The notes: a model not told the origin generated them from the letters alone. A stretch of 63,645 bases of DNA, filler included, from Octopus bimaculoides (GCF_001194135.2; 5 parts of 5 records of this genome joined end to end with filler, not necessarily neighbours in it), one strand, 5' to 3'. Counted from the whole stretch's first letter, positions 11,423 through 25,232 are shown. Translations and numbers: made by a program.

Positions 11423-14400
11423 GGTGGATTAATTGATTGATTGATAGATTTACAGTATTAGTAAACGCAACGTCTGGTTATTGTTACTTTGTAGTTCTTC
11501 ATGTTTCATTATGTCCCTTGACAATTTAACTTCCTTTCGTTTATGTAGAAGTTTTAATTAAATAATTGATTAATTAGTTACTATTCTTGACGAAATTTCA
11601 ACTTTGTCTGCAAATCATAGACTGTGAACTGTAAATTTATGGAGTCTATTGTGTACATTCAATCTGTTAATCTTTGGTCTCAGTGCCCCATTGAAACCCT
11701 GGTTCCATTCAGCCTGCGGTGATTTACATGGGTTGAAGACCAGGGTTGTAAAGTCATTTGAAACTAACTTAGAATAGAACGAGTATCGAAAGTTATATAT
11801 TTTTGTTATGGTAATGTTTTACATTCTTTTGATACATTTTCAGTTCTGACTCAGCAGTAAATTTGCAATATATTAAATTTTTTTCATATGTTAAACTATT
11901 CAAGACATTGAAGACTGCCTGATATTAGAAAATATTGTCACGATCTAAAGTTTTGATAATATTTTCATGCTGCATTTACGTTCCTACAAAGAGTTCACAT
12001 TCATAGGTGTGAATAATGTTTCTTCTGAATGATGGAGGAAAGGACGTTATTATAGAGATTAATGGTAAGATCCACTTGAGAGCTAGCCTCTCAACGACGT
12101 ATCTGAAAATCGACCCCTCGTATCAGTGTTCCTCCTGAAAAGTATATATTGTTTCCAAAGACATGATCTTAAATGCGAAAGCTTCTTCCCACATATATCT
12201 AGCAAGATGTTGAACGCTACGTCGTAAGGATGCATAAGGTAGGAGCTATATTAATCGGTAAAGGATTCCATTTTGCTGCGATATTGATTTTGACGTAACA
12301 CAAGGGGATAAAATGAAGAAGATAGGAAAATTTTAGTAAGCAAAAGCATCTTTTGTGATATGCATCATACTGCAAAACTTATACGTGGCATTTTCACGCG
12401 CGCACATATACGAATAAACTGATAGAGGGATAAATAAACATGATGTATGTGTGTGTGTTTGTGTGTGTAAGTATGTGTTTATACATACATTTATATAGGT
12501 ATATATATATATATNNNNNNNNNNNNNNNNNNNNNNNNNNNNNNNNNNNNNNNNNNNNNNNNNNNNNNNNNNNNNNNNNNNNNNNNNNNNNNNNNNNNNN
12601 NNNNNNNNNNNNNNNNNNNNNNNNNNNNNNNNNNNNNNNNNNNNNNNNNNNNNNNNNNNNNNNNNNNNNNNNNNNNNNNNNNNNNNNNNNNNNNNNNNNN
12701 NNNNNNNNNNNNNNNNNNNNNNNNNNNNNNNNNNNNNNNNNNNNNNNNNNNNNNNNNNNNNNNNNNNNNNNNNNNNNNNNNNNNNNNNNNNNNNNNNNNN
12801 NNNNNNNNNNNNNNNNNNNNNNNNNNNNNNNNNNNNNNNNNNNNNNNNNNNNNNNNNNNNNNNNNNNNNNNNNNNNNNNNNNNNNNNNNNNNNNNNNNNN
12901 NNNNNNNNNNNNNNNNNNNNNNNNNNNNNNNNNNNNNNNNNNNNNNNNNNNNNNNNNNNNNNNNNNNNNNNNNNNNNNNNNNNNNNNNNNNNNNNNNNNN
13001 NNNNNNNNNNNNNNNNNNNNNNNNNNNNNNNNNNNNNNNNNNNNNNNNNNNGGGAGGAGGAGGAGGAAGCTGAGGCTGAGGAGGTGGGGTGGAGCAGCAG
13101 TAGCAGCAGCAATGGTGGATTGATTATTTTTGTCGTAACAATGGCAATGGTTGTTTTCACTTCACTTGTCTGTTTGGTATTAAGGGAGGGGTCTGTTTGG
13201 TATTTAGGGTAGTAATAATGCAAGTGACTGGTTGTTGATGTAGTGGCTGTATCGGTCTTACATGTGATAGGAGAAATAAGCAGCTTAGGCAGAAGATGTA
13301 CTCATAATTGTGGAAATGGTAGAAGTCGTACATGTAGTTTAGCAACCCCCTTCAGTATAGCGGATAGATGAAAGTGTTCAGCTGCAGTAATTAAGAAGCA
13401 GTAGCAGTAGCAGTAGAAACTCTTATAAGGTGGATACTGAAAACCAGGACCATAGGAACTTTCATTCAGGAATTGCATGAGTAAAGCATCTTAAAAGTAT
13501 TGAAATTGGTAGACTGTTTTGATAAAAATGTAAATATTGTCTCTTTCTGTCATGTTAAATATCTCGAAGCTTTTCTTCTTTTTTTATGCGCAGGCACTAT
13601 ATATTTGATCTACATTTTAGCTTTATTATCGCAGTTCTTTCGTCAGAGCAAGTGTGACTGAAGAAGTATGATAATAAAGCTAAAGTGAAAACGAAATATG
13701 TAATGTCCAGAACATGTGGCAGTCATATGGATATTTAAACCTAGCTACTAGAAGTTGTTGCAGTTTCTAGACTCTCAACAATATAGTGGACTCACATTAT
13801 TTTTGTACGACAGTACTTATGCAAAAAGCTTTCAGAACGGTGATGTAGTGCCCACATTCATGTTGCACTTTATTGACAGTGAAATGTGATTGAATAACTG
13901 TTGTAGGAATCACAAAATGACTGTTTTCTTTGCCAGTTGCATAATGAAGGAGAAATATTCATGAAGAAGAATTTTTTTTGTGTTGGAAAGAGATTCTCTG
14001 GAAATTTTTATCGTTGAAGTCACACAAAAGACAACGAGAAATAGCTAAGAATTGCTTATGTATATTCGAGAAGAGAAGTGAGCACTATGTATCTTTGGGA
14101 ATTGATACTGATAGAATATCCTCTGTCAAACTAGATGATGTCAGCAGGTCGCTCACAAAATAATTGCATTGTAGAAGAGAAGTTGTGCACAAATCTACAA
14201 GTACAAGTGATTTACGTACTTAGATGTGTGCCGAGTGGATTAATTAGCAACAAGGTAGTGTGTGTCAGAGGGCTGCAAGCAAAATCTGCCGGTAAGAACC
14301 AAAACATTAATTCCAGGTAAAAGCTGAGGCAATATCTTACTTACTGATATATACGGACATAAGATATAAGATATGCACAAATATACGCAAAGATGCGCAC

Positions 14401-15383
14401 TCATAAAGATCCAAAAACATATGTATGTGTGAGAGTGTGCGATTGAGTTCGTTTATATGTGGAGGTAAACACACACGCTACTGTATTCATTGTCATATTC
14501 TTTGTATCGTATTCATTCAAATTTATAAATAAAATGTCAATTTCCTCATAAATCGTGCGCTTTGCATTACGTTAATCTCTAGAAATTACACCAGCGACAC
14601 ATATATTCACCAGCTTCTAGGTTTAATGGTCTTGGAATAGAAATTAATAAAATAAAAATATCTCTTAGATTTTGGATAAAATGTTTATTTATTTATTTAT
14701 TTTTTATTTTGTCCATTCAATTTTTAGATCGTGACATCTCGACTAAAATCTAATCCCAATGCTGGAAACTATAGTCAAAGATTATATATAATCAAAATTA
14801 AATTTATATTGATAATTCACAATGATATGCATCTGTATTACCGACAGTTCACCTCCCACTAGTGTTCATTCATTCAACATTAATGTACAGTAAAATATTA
14901 ATATTCACTAAAATAATGTGCGCTCATAGTAAATGTTCTCTATTATAATTTATTTCATACTTTTATGAACTCTAGTAAGAGTTAGCAGAATATCGACAGG
15001 CATAACGGAAGGATAATCTTTGGAAGCACTACAGTGTAGACGTCTTTGTCACGCACATTTCATTGGGAAAATCCGATGTTATAATGAGATATTACAAGGT
15101 AGTTTAATACGGAACTTTTCAAAGTGTCAATAAATCCAATAACCTATTGATATATTGCATTATAGAACTTGTTCAATGCCTCCTTATCTATACATTTATT
15201 CTGCGAAATCTGTGTCGCAACTGCGGTATTTATATATTTATTTTTGTTTCATTTTTATGGCATTTACAACCTGGACAACGATGGTCATAAATGCTAAGAG
15301 AAGTCTGCATGTTGCGATAATAATGTACTGGTTTTGCCGAATGTTGCGAACATAAAAGATGAACGACCCTTTCCGATCCGTAA

Positions 15384-16228
15384 GCAAAACGCCGTGGATT
15401 ACAAAGATGAGCAAAATCATTACTGAAAGCTTGGGAATTGTACAAGCACAGAATATATAGTTATATATATATACAAAATATTGGATATAGTAATTGCGAC
15501 TACTAATATATAATCTGACTTGTTGAATACGGAAGTGATAATAAATCAATTCTTTAGTATCCAGAGGGAGATTATTTTTACAAAGAGTAAATAGGCGCTG
15601 GCGAGGCTGTGGTAAGAAGCTTGCTTCACAACCATATGGTCACAGCTTCAGTCCCACTGCGCAGCGCCTAGGGTCTGTGTCTTTGACTATACCCTCGGGA
15701 CGACCAGAGCCTTCTGAACAGGGTTGGTAGACGGAAACTGAAAGAAAGCCGTCGTATATGTATATATTTGTGTGAGTGTGTGTGTGTCCACGCGCACATG
15801 CGTGTGTATTTGTTCCAAACCACCGCTTCACAACAAGTGTTGGTGAGTTTACTTCCCCGTAACTTAACAGTTCGGCAAATCGAAGCGATATAATAAGTAA
15901 TAGGCTTAAAAAATAAGTTCTCTGAGATCGATTTGTTTGACTTCAATAGTTGGTATATGAATATATATATATATATACNNNNNNNNNNTGTATATAAGCA
16001 ATAATAAATCTTCGAGCGAAATATAAAAAGTAGCAGCATGACATCGAGAAGTATATATGCCGCCTAAATGTGACTGAACCATAAGGGACGATGCTACTGT
16101 AGTTTATAGCCCCAGGAAGACATCTCCTGCAGCTGACTCTTGAAACTCCGTGCCCTATATGTGTGCTTGCGCAATTCGCAAGTATTCAATAATGATTTTG
16201 CTCATCTTTGTAATCTACAACATTTTGC
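15384..16228. repeat. ~75-bp inverted repeat pair (15384-15460 and ~16155-16228)
   Basis: GTGGATTACAAAGATGAGCAAAATCATTA (15394-15422) matches the reverse complement of TAATGATTTTGCTCATCTTTGTAATCTAC (16190-16218) at 28 of 29 positions. Similarity extends on both sides. Confidence 0.8.
15594..15942 (+). mobile_element. SINE family A, near full length with internal (TA)/(TG) tract
   Basis: tRNA-like head GGCTGTGGTAAGAAGCTTGCTT...TTCAGTCCCACTGCG, core GGTAGACGGAAACTGAAAGAAAGCCGTCG, and tail cgtaacttaacagttcggcaa. Confidence 0.85.
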
Positions 16229-17379
16229 ACATGAGTATTGAGTTTATATCTCCTTCATGATGAGGAGATTTGTTTTAAATTTTGAATTTATTAGTAATAC
16301 AACTCTTTATTCATTGAGGAGAATTGCAATATACAGTAGAATAAGAGACTCAACGTATCATTGTTGTCAAGTGCATACGATATATTATAGTTTGGCTCCT
16401 GAATCCCCTTATGTTGAATGGCGCCGGTATTGATTTAGACATTTATTAGAATGCGATATATTATGTATGGATATTAGTTATATATTGAAATTGATTCAAA
16501 GTGGTTTTATCCCCTCCCTCTCTTAAGAAATTAATTATCATTGAAGAATGGCCATTTGGTTGCGTTGTTGAAAGCTAAAATATCTATTACAGGCAGTAGC
16601 AACTTGAAAATGTTGTAGCTAANNNNNNNNNNNNNNNNNNNNNNNNNNNNNNNNNNNNNNNNNNNNNNNNNNNNNNNNNNNNNNNNNNNNNNNNNNNNNN
16701 NNNNNNNNNNNNNNNNNNNNNNNNNNNNNNNNNNNNNNNNNNNNNNNNNNNNNNNNNNNNNNNNNNNNNNNNNNNNNNNNNNNNNNNNNNNNNNNNNNNN
16801 NNNNNNNNNNNNNNNNNNNNNNNNNNNNNNNNNNNNNNNNNNNNNNNNNNNNNNNNNNNNNNNNNNNNNNNNNNNNNNNNNNNNNNNNNNNNNNNNNNNN
16901 NNNNNNNNNNNNNNNNNNNNNNNNNNNNNNNNNNNNNNNNNNNNNNNNNNNNNNNNNNNNNNNNNNNNNNNNNNNNNNNNNNNNNNNNNNNNNNNNNNNN
17001 NNNNNNNNNNNNNNNNNNNNNNNNNNNNNNNNNNNNNNNNNNNNNNNNNNNNNNNNNNNNNNNNNNNNNNNNNNNNNNNNNNNNNNNNNNNNNNNNNNNN
17101 NNNNNNNNNNNNNNNNNNNNNNNNNNNNNNNNNNNNNNNNNNNNNNNNNNNNNNNNNNNNNNNNNNNNNNNNNNNNNNNNNNNNNNNNNNNNNNNNNNNN
17201 NNNNNNNNNNNNNNNNNNNNNNNNNNNNNNNNNNNNNNNNNNNNNNNNNNNNNNNNNNNNNNNNNNNNNNNNNNNNNNNNNNNNNNNNNNNNNNNNNNNN
17301 NNNNNNNNNNNNNNNNNNNNNNNNNNNNNNNNNNNGCACAGATATATACATGCCGGTTTACTTTCCATGGGTCCACATG

Positions 17380-17457
<78 letters not shown>

Positions 17458-18399
17458 TGTGTGTGTGTATGCATGTATGTACATATATGTATGGATGTAT
17501 GCATATATTTATATATTATTTATATTATTATATGCATGTATGTAAATATACATAGATACATATATTAATACATACTGGTTAGTTTTATGAGTTATGATGT
17601 GCTCTGACACTGATGTGTTGAAAAGGTTTCTTAAGCCTACGATAAATATCATACTCAATGAAATAACATAGATTTGTGTGTCAACCAGACTCAGCATCTT
17701 CTCACGAGGCACACATATACGATCATATAAAATCAAACGTGTGTCCTTGAAATAGCAAGATTAAAATGAACTTCATTAGGAACATTGTTGAAAGATCATC
17801 ATCAGAATAACATAGATTCAATGAAACTCACCAGTGTCCCGGTGGTGTCCGGAATGAATAAGTGCCATTTAATGTACGGATATTGCCGAATCCGGCCCCG
17901 TATTAAAACGTTCATCAAAACGGTAAGCAATTTAATTTAATAAGCGCATAAGAAAGCTTATGGAGAGTATGTACAGAATTTTTTAATTAAAATACTTTTC
18001 ATGTTTGCTGGGGTTTGAGCTGTTTTCTTAAAATTCATAGAGCAACCTGATACACATACACACACCCACACGCGCGCGCACGCACACACGCACGCACATA
18101 TATATTATAAGTCAAACAAAGAAAAAACGAATTCCTTCACAGGGATGTAAAACATCCAATTTCCAATGGTGCTTCGGTTGACTACCACACATAAAAGGAT
18201 GTAATTACAATATACAAATATTAAAAGAAATGGAGAAATACAATTGACTTACTAAGAGATAATTTGCATTATAATATAATGTAATACTATATAACGAGAT
18301 ATAACATAATAAAATATAACATAATATAACAAATAATTAAAAGAAATATAAAGCCAACAATTTGTTTCGCCTCATATCCGCTGGATGACTTTTTACCAC

Positions 18400-18990
18400 G
18401 ATAAGGATTTTGAAAAAGAAATCAACCCTCATAATGTAGATACTGAAGTTTTAAAAATAAAGTTTCACCTACTGTTCGCTACATTCTATGCCGCACGAAA
18501 TAATCCTATCTTCATTTTCTGGAATCCTCAGCAGTGCAGCAAACCTTTTATGTCTTTTTCCAAACAATACATCTTTTTCGGATATTAGTCGTATAGGATT
18601 TGTTTCGCATATATGCGACTGCATAACTGATAGCAGATCAAAAATAGGATCCATGAATTGAATAAAAATATCAAAGGCCTTCTGGTATATAATCAGTCTG
18701 ATTATCTGTAGTATCTTTGAAAATTTCCGTTAAGGAGTCGTTTGGAATTAACTGATATTTCTAGGCAGATTTTCTCGTGCAGTTTATTATGTATGCTTTG
18801 CTTGTCGCTTGCTTTTGGCTTTGATATCGTATCGCTCAGATTTTGGTAATTATCCTTTCAAAGCAACGTGTGCGTTTCTGGAATTTCCTCCTTTACACAG
18901 ATGATTTTCCTCTTTATCCTGGTGGATTGCCTTTCTTTTGCCCTTGATATAGACAAGTTTGCGCTCATTTTGTCGTTGCTGTTACTGAAT
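18400..18990 (-). mobile_element. Probable degraded Tigger/pogo-like transposase N-terminus (CENP-B HTH)
   Basis: Minus-strand remnants RKAI..., LLSVMQ...IRLISEKDVLF loosely resemble Tigger RKAITL and LIQEKA(L)SLF. Heavily decayed. Confidence 0.35.
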
Positions 18991-19089
18991 ATGCGAACCA
19001 TTTCCTTGGGTAGTACTTTAAATGTTCCATAGTCAAATCTACCATTAATTGTAAGTATTTAAAAATATCTTCTTTCGATTATCGAATAT

Positions 19090-19495
19090 GCGCAGGCGTG
19101 GATGTATGCTAATAAGCTTGCTTCCCAACCACATGGTTCCGTGTCCAGTCCAACTGCGTGGCACATTAGGCAGTTGTCTTCTACTATAGCCTCGGGCTGA
19201 CCAAAGCCTTATGAGTGGATTTGATAGACGGAAACTGAAAGGAGCCCGTCGTAAATAAATATATATATATATATACATTTGTGTGTCTGTGCTTGTCCCC
19301 CCACCATCTCTTGACAACCGATTTTGGTGAGTTTACCTCCTCGTAACTTTGCTTTTCGACAAAGATCCGGATAGAATAAATACTAGGCTAACAAAGAATA
19401 AGTCCAAAGAATAAGTCCTGGGGTCGATTTGTTCTGTTAAGTGCGGCACTCCAGCGTGGCCGCAATCAAATGACTGAAACAAATAAAAGAATAAA
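19090..19495 (+). mobile_element. SINE family A, full length
   Basis: GCGCAGGCGTGG...AAGCTTGCTTCCCAACCACATGGTTCC head, internal (TA)n(TG)n, and tail aaatgactgaaacaaataaaagaata. Confidence 0.9.
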
Positions 19496-22039
19496 ATAAT
19501 ATTCATTATGTCAATCTTCAGAAGTACCTATTCTGAAATCTTCTTCGTACATTGCATGCTCCGGAAGAATAAGTTAGGTAGACCCACTTAGATGTTTCCG
19601 AAATGAGCCAAGGATTACAAAAGTTTCAATGCCCAAACATAATCGTGAAAGAAGCGCCTTCATTTTCTCTGGTGTCTATGCTGAAGAATACTTTGTAATG
19701 GACAGTATCACAATATTTCAGTGGTCTGTGGATGTCTTCACAGGTCAAATCCTTAATGATGTCTTCAGTTACCATTTAAGTATTCAGATAATATATATGT
19801 AGCCGGGTGTTGTCCCTGCCTTTTTGTGAAAACGTCAGTAAGAAATGTTATGGGAACACTCGAAATGTACAACTGACTTCGTAACGACAAACTGATGGTG
19901 GGAAATTTAATTCTGATGAATCTCGTTAATCCAGATTACGGTAGATCTATTCTTCCCAATGGCGTTCCTTATTTTGATATTTCTTTGTTAAATATTATTT
20001 TGTGCTTTTTACTGTCTTTTCGCTGGGTTCAAATTCCTATTGGTTGACGTTGCTTCAGTTTATTGTCTCAAACTACTTGGACACCTGTAGTATCTTATTT
20101 AACAAATAGTATTAATACTACACAATTAGGAGATAAAATCGAAACGACTCGATCAGAATAGCTTAATAGGAATCGACCTCATACGAGAAATGCAAAAGAA
20201 GCTGAGTTTAACGTTTAAAACTGGAACACTTATTTTCATTCAATAGCATACAGATATTGACAACATTGAAGGAAATAAGAATAATGTTGAAATCTTTGTT
20301 ATATGTATGTATATATATATATATACATACATATATATATNNNNNNNNNNNNNNNNNTATATATATATATATATATATATATCCATTTTATATTATTGCT
20401 TGTCTTAAATTACCCTAATTTCTTTTGGTTTGGTAATCTTAGCCATAAAATACATGCGACTTGAGTGTGTGTAATTAACATTAGTCTAGCGTAGAAAAAA
20501 ATGCATCAGTTGTTAATAGAATTACTTATTGATATTTTCGTAAGACAGGAAAATTAACATTGCTCTATGTTAAAAGAGAAGACATATGGAGTATGAGCAA
20601 TTCAGAGCTTAAAATAAACTTCTATGCAAATGGTTCTGTCATGATCTTTTCTTAATGGGTTTACTTTATCTAAGCATAAAGATACATTTATCAACATGAT
20701 ATGAAAGGACAAGCATTATTCAGGATGAATGATTTAGGCAAGTTGTGCCGATTCCTTTTTAGAGCGATTCTGAATCATCGATGTATGCTTAACAGATGGA
20801 ATTACTGATGCTAAATCCTGCATATTACGAATAGGAATATATGGATGTTTTGAGAAAACTTCAGAAAAAGCTATTAAAGTGTCTACAAAGATATGGAAAA
20901 GTTTTATTTACAAAGTCTATGATTGGATATCTGTCCTAAGAATTTTAGCTATAACTTATAATGTTTTACGGGAGACATCACATGAAAAATTTTCTGTGTA
21001 TTATCTAATCATTATATAGAACGCTAAATCACTTATATTATTTTGAAATATTTTAAGACTTGACTGAAGTTATATTACTCACACATTTTCTTAAAACTTT
21101 TCTTTCCGATTATTGTTTTGCCATGTTTTTATAGCGTGTACTTTATAGCGTAGACTCATGCAGCAAGTACGGAGAAATCAGTATAAATATTTTTTCTTAT
21201 TTCGTATACTACTCTAGTAATTATTATTTCGTATAGTACTGTCGTAATTGAATTACCTTTCAGAGCTTATTCATCTAGCTCAGCTTTGGAACTAAGGGCA
21301 AAATAATTCTCATAATACTGTTATTTTGTGACAAATTTTTGGAAACAGAAATGTTCCTTATTTGAAAAATACACACATCCATGTTATGTTTTTCACTGGA
21401 TTAGTCTGACAGAAATTTCAGTGTTGAATGTTAAATATAAATCATAAAACAGATCATCGTTCTCAGTCATAACTGCTATAGCATATACACTGCAAATTGC
21501 AGGGCACGTACCTCAGACAGTATTCAAAGTGTACTTAATACAAATTGTGAACGAAATCTTTACTTGATCCCATTGCGACAAGATGAAATATCTAACATGA
21601 AGAACGATGATATATTTGAAATCTACTGACATAAAAAAAATTACCATAATTGCATTCCTTTAACGTTATTGCGCTGAATTAAGATACCAGACAAACACCA
21701 GCGAGTAACTGTTTAATAACTATTTATTAATACCAGATATGCTTGCTTTGTTAGACCAAAGCTTACGGTGCCTATTGTTGGCATTTTGCGGCAAAGCATT
21801 TCACATGTATTTATGTGTTTCAATGAATCTTGACGCACAGAAACTCCGAAAATATACAGACTGTTGTTTTTACAAATGTTCGGCTTGAACACTTTTGATG
21901 CGGTAGGAATAAAGATATTAGCATTTGTTAATTTTGGGGGAGATATTCCAAGTGAACCAAAAAATGACGCATGGTCATGTAGCTAAAACGTTGTACTCAC
22001 GATCACGATATGATGGTTTCAATTTCTAGAGCGGATGGC

Positions 22040-22430
22040 GCGTAGTCTTCTTGAAGAAAACACTTCATCTTGCGTTGTTCTGTGATCACTTCGACACCAG
22101 ACGTGTGGTACACCGTACACGTGTCCAGCCAACATCGATTTGATGGAGAAAGTGCCCTAATATACAACACATACATTTGATTACTATAAACAAATCATTT
22201 GTGCAGGTCGTTCTCTGCCTTCGAAATGTGACGATTTCATGGCTCATTATTATTGGTGTCTCTCTGTCAAAACATGGCTGCATCCTTTCAGCTTACTGTC
22301 TTACATATTCATTTAAATTTCTACTGGCTACATACGTTGAATTACGGTCATTGTGGGCCTCGCATTCACGAGTTTTTACTTGACCATATGGCAGAATTTT
22401 AGTCGTTCGCATTATCTATGGTAGAATAAA
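22040..22430 (-). mobile_element. Possible highly degraded Tc1/mariner-family transposase fragment
   Basis: Minus-strand remnants CFLQEDYAPS (compare FQQDGAPPH) and RECEAHNDRNS (compare HERDSPK). Confidence 0.3.
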
Positions 22431-22520
22431 CTCTGGTCCCAGTAATATTCCCTGTAAATTTTTTTTTTTGGAGTTTTACCACTATTATAAATAGACGATT
22501 GTACAATAAATTTTAGAATA

Positions 22521-22767
22521 TAGTAATCTATCACCTTATTGCCGTTCACGTATCGCGCTTCACCTATCGCTGTTCACCTATCGCGGTTCATTATTTAAGC
22601 TTACGTCGATTCCTCCGTGTTGTTGTTTTGGATTTATAATAAAATATATACAAATTATTAAAATAATTTTAAAAAATATACAGTATTACATTGTTTCTAC
22701 TTCGCGGATTTCCACCTATCGCGGGGTGTTTTGGAACGTAACACCCGCGACAGTCGAAGGATTACTG
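22521..22767. mobile_element. Tigger/pogo-type MITE (~250 bp)
   Basis: Termini TAGTAATCTATCA... and ...CGAAGGATTACTG approximate a CAGTAATCCCTCG TIR. Internal (T)TCACCTATCGCGG repeats and cgcggggtgttttggaacgtaacacccgcg are typical of Tigger-derived MITEs. Confidence 0.65.
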
Positions 22768-24267
22768 CATATAATCTCGATTTCGCAGTTTATTTTTGTA
22801 TTCATATCACTTCATATGTATCAAATTAGCTTCAGTCAGTTTATGTCACAACTCCATTTTCACATGCGGCAGAATAAAACGCCAAACCTTGCTTTTAAAT
22901 GTACTTAGTATAATTTCTTTGAGGCACACAATAGTAATTATCTTTGGAGCACTAATGCAAATAAGAAAAGGATGTAAAAAGATGTGAAAATAAGAAAAGG
23001 ATGTAAAAGTTGAAACTGATAGAGGGTAAGTGTGAAGAGAATCAATAAGAAGGTGAAGATCAACAGCATCAAGAAGAACATTAATAGCAATGATAATGCG
23101 TTGTCATTGTAGTGGTAGTAATATTGATCGTTCTGTTTGTTTTGTTAGTGGTACTCTTGATGGTGATTATATTGTTACCGCGTAGATTAATATTTAAGGA
23201 AATAATAAATGGATAGCGAAATCAGTTGTGATCTTCTACAGATTTCTAAGGCGTAATTCACTAAGATACGCAAATGAGAATGAAAAGTCGAATGAACGTT
23301 AGATAATCTCAATTTATGTACGATATTGATTTCAGCCAATATAGGAATTAATTACATCTGAATTCACGGCAGCAATAAAGTGATGATTAAAAAACAAATA
23401 GACAAAAGAATAAATATGTGAGATAATATCATTCCACGACTTTTGGTGTCAACTTGTCTTTAACTTGTACAGGTATCCAAACTTGTCCAGGCATAATAAT
23501 AACTTCAAATGATTATTCAATTCAGAGGGTGACTTATACTGAGCTTTTAAAAATGTGTAATATAAAATAAACAAACATAAAGTCTAAAATAAAACTTTTA
23601 ATGTTTTATATTGTTATAGAGACATTTATTTCCAACATTTTTCCGAATTTTTATATTTAATCTGAAGGGAATGTTATTCTTATAAGTAAATGTTCCCACC
23701 ATTAACTGCAATTTTAATGTTTTTTTCTGTTTGTTTGTTTTTTAAGTAGGAATAGGGAACAATCGTATTCATTTTTAACCCTCTATAGTAATTAAACGAA
23801 TAAATTTCAAAATAAGTTACAGATCTTACGAGAAATTCTTTGCAAATTTAACCTGTGAATTCTGTGAATTACGAAGACTGCAAATTAGAATAAACATGTA
23901 TTTTTTGTTTTTTTTAAATATTAAGTTTAAGACTACACTCCATAAAATTTATCTATTTCCTCTATTTGTGTTATTAAGGATTTATATGCAAATAATATGT
24001 TAGAAATATTTCAGTTTCCTTTTAGAGGGGCCCAAATAACAATAAGGAGATTTAATTATTTTTCATCTGCAGTTGTACCATCGATTTTATTAATAAGCTT
24101 TTTATATAATTTTACATTACAAATATAGTTGGTTTCAGAAATGACTTATTGAGTTATGTTATAAATACTAGCTACACCCGTGAAAAATTCACGGAAAATA
24201 TTTAAAAAAATGTAGGCATATGTAAATTGTGTGCTGGTACCATGAGAAATATTTCTATATTTATGTA

Positions 24268-24309
<42 letters not shown>

Positions 24310-24559
24310 NNNNNNNNNNNNNNNNNNNNNNNNNNNNNNNNNNNNNNNNNNNNNNNNNNNNNNNNNNNNNNNNNNNNNNNNNNNNNNNNNNNNNNNNNNN
24401 NNNNNNNNNNNNNNNNNNNNNNNNNNNNNNNNNNNNNNNNNNNNNNNNNNNNNNNNNNNNNNNNNNNNNNNNNNNNNNNNNATATATTCATTGTATTCGT
24501 TTTATTCCTTTAATTCTTTTACTAAGTTCGGATATTATGGCTGTGGCCATGCTGTGTGT

Positions 24560-24766
24560 TACTCTAGGCACAAGGCCCGAAATTTTGGGAGAGGGGGGCC
24601 AGTCGTTTAGATCTACCGCTGTACGCAATTAGTACTTAATTTCTCGACTCGAAAGGATGACTGGCAAAGTTGACATCGACAGAGTTTAAATTTAAAACGT
24701 AACGGCAGAAGAAATAGTGCTAAGCATTTCACCCGGCGTGCGAATGTCTCTGCCAGCTCGCCGCCC
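24560..24766 (-). mobile_element. SINE family B
   Basis: Reverse complement GGGCGGCGAGCTGGCAGAGAC...GAAATGCTTAGC; 3' end cgggccttgtgcctagagt. Confidence 0.8.
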
Positions 24767-24796
24767 TAGAAGTATTTCTATATTGTGACAATTAAA

Positions 24797-25007
24797 GGCG
24801 GTGAGCTTGTAGAATTGTTAGCATGCTGCACGAAATGCTTAGCAGTATTTAGTCGGTCTTTACGTTCTGACTTCAAATTCCCGTAACTTAGCGCTTCGGC
24901 AATAAAAGATTGATAGAATAAGTACTCGGCTTACAAAGAATAAGTTGAAGGGTCGATTCGCTCGACTAAAGCAATGCCCCAGCATGGCCGCAGCGAAATG
25001 ACTGAAA

Positions 25008-25012
<5 letters not shown>
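24797..25012 (+). mobile_element. Chimeric SINE: family B head fused to family A tail
   Basis: GGCGGTGAGCTTGTAGAATTGTTAGC...TTCAAATTC joined directly to CCGTAACTTAGCGCTTCGGCAA...AAATGACTGAAACA. Confidence 0.7.
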
Positions 25013-25049
<37 letters not shown>

Positions 25050-25093
25050 NNNNNNNNNNNNNNNNNNNNNNNNNNNNNNNNNNNNNNNNNNNN

Positions 25094-25105
25094 TTAATTA
25101 ATTAA
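25094..25105. other. Assembly linker TTAATTAATTAA inside a 100-bp N spacer (also 47264-47275, 59075-59086, 61747-61758)
   Basis: The identical 12-mer sits centred in N runs four times and encodes stops in all six frames. Confidence 0.9.
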
Positions 25106-25179
25106 NNNNNNNNNNNNNNNNNNNNNNNNNNNNNNNNNNNNNNNNNNNNTCATCATCATCCTCATCATCATCATCATCA

Positions 25180-25232
<53 letters not shown>

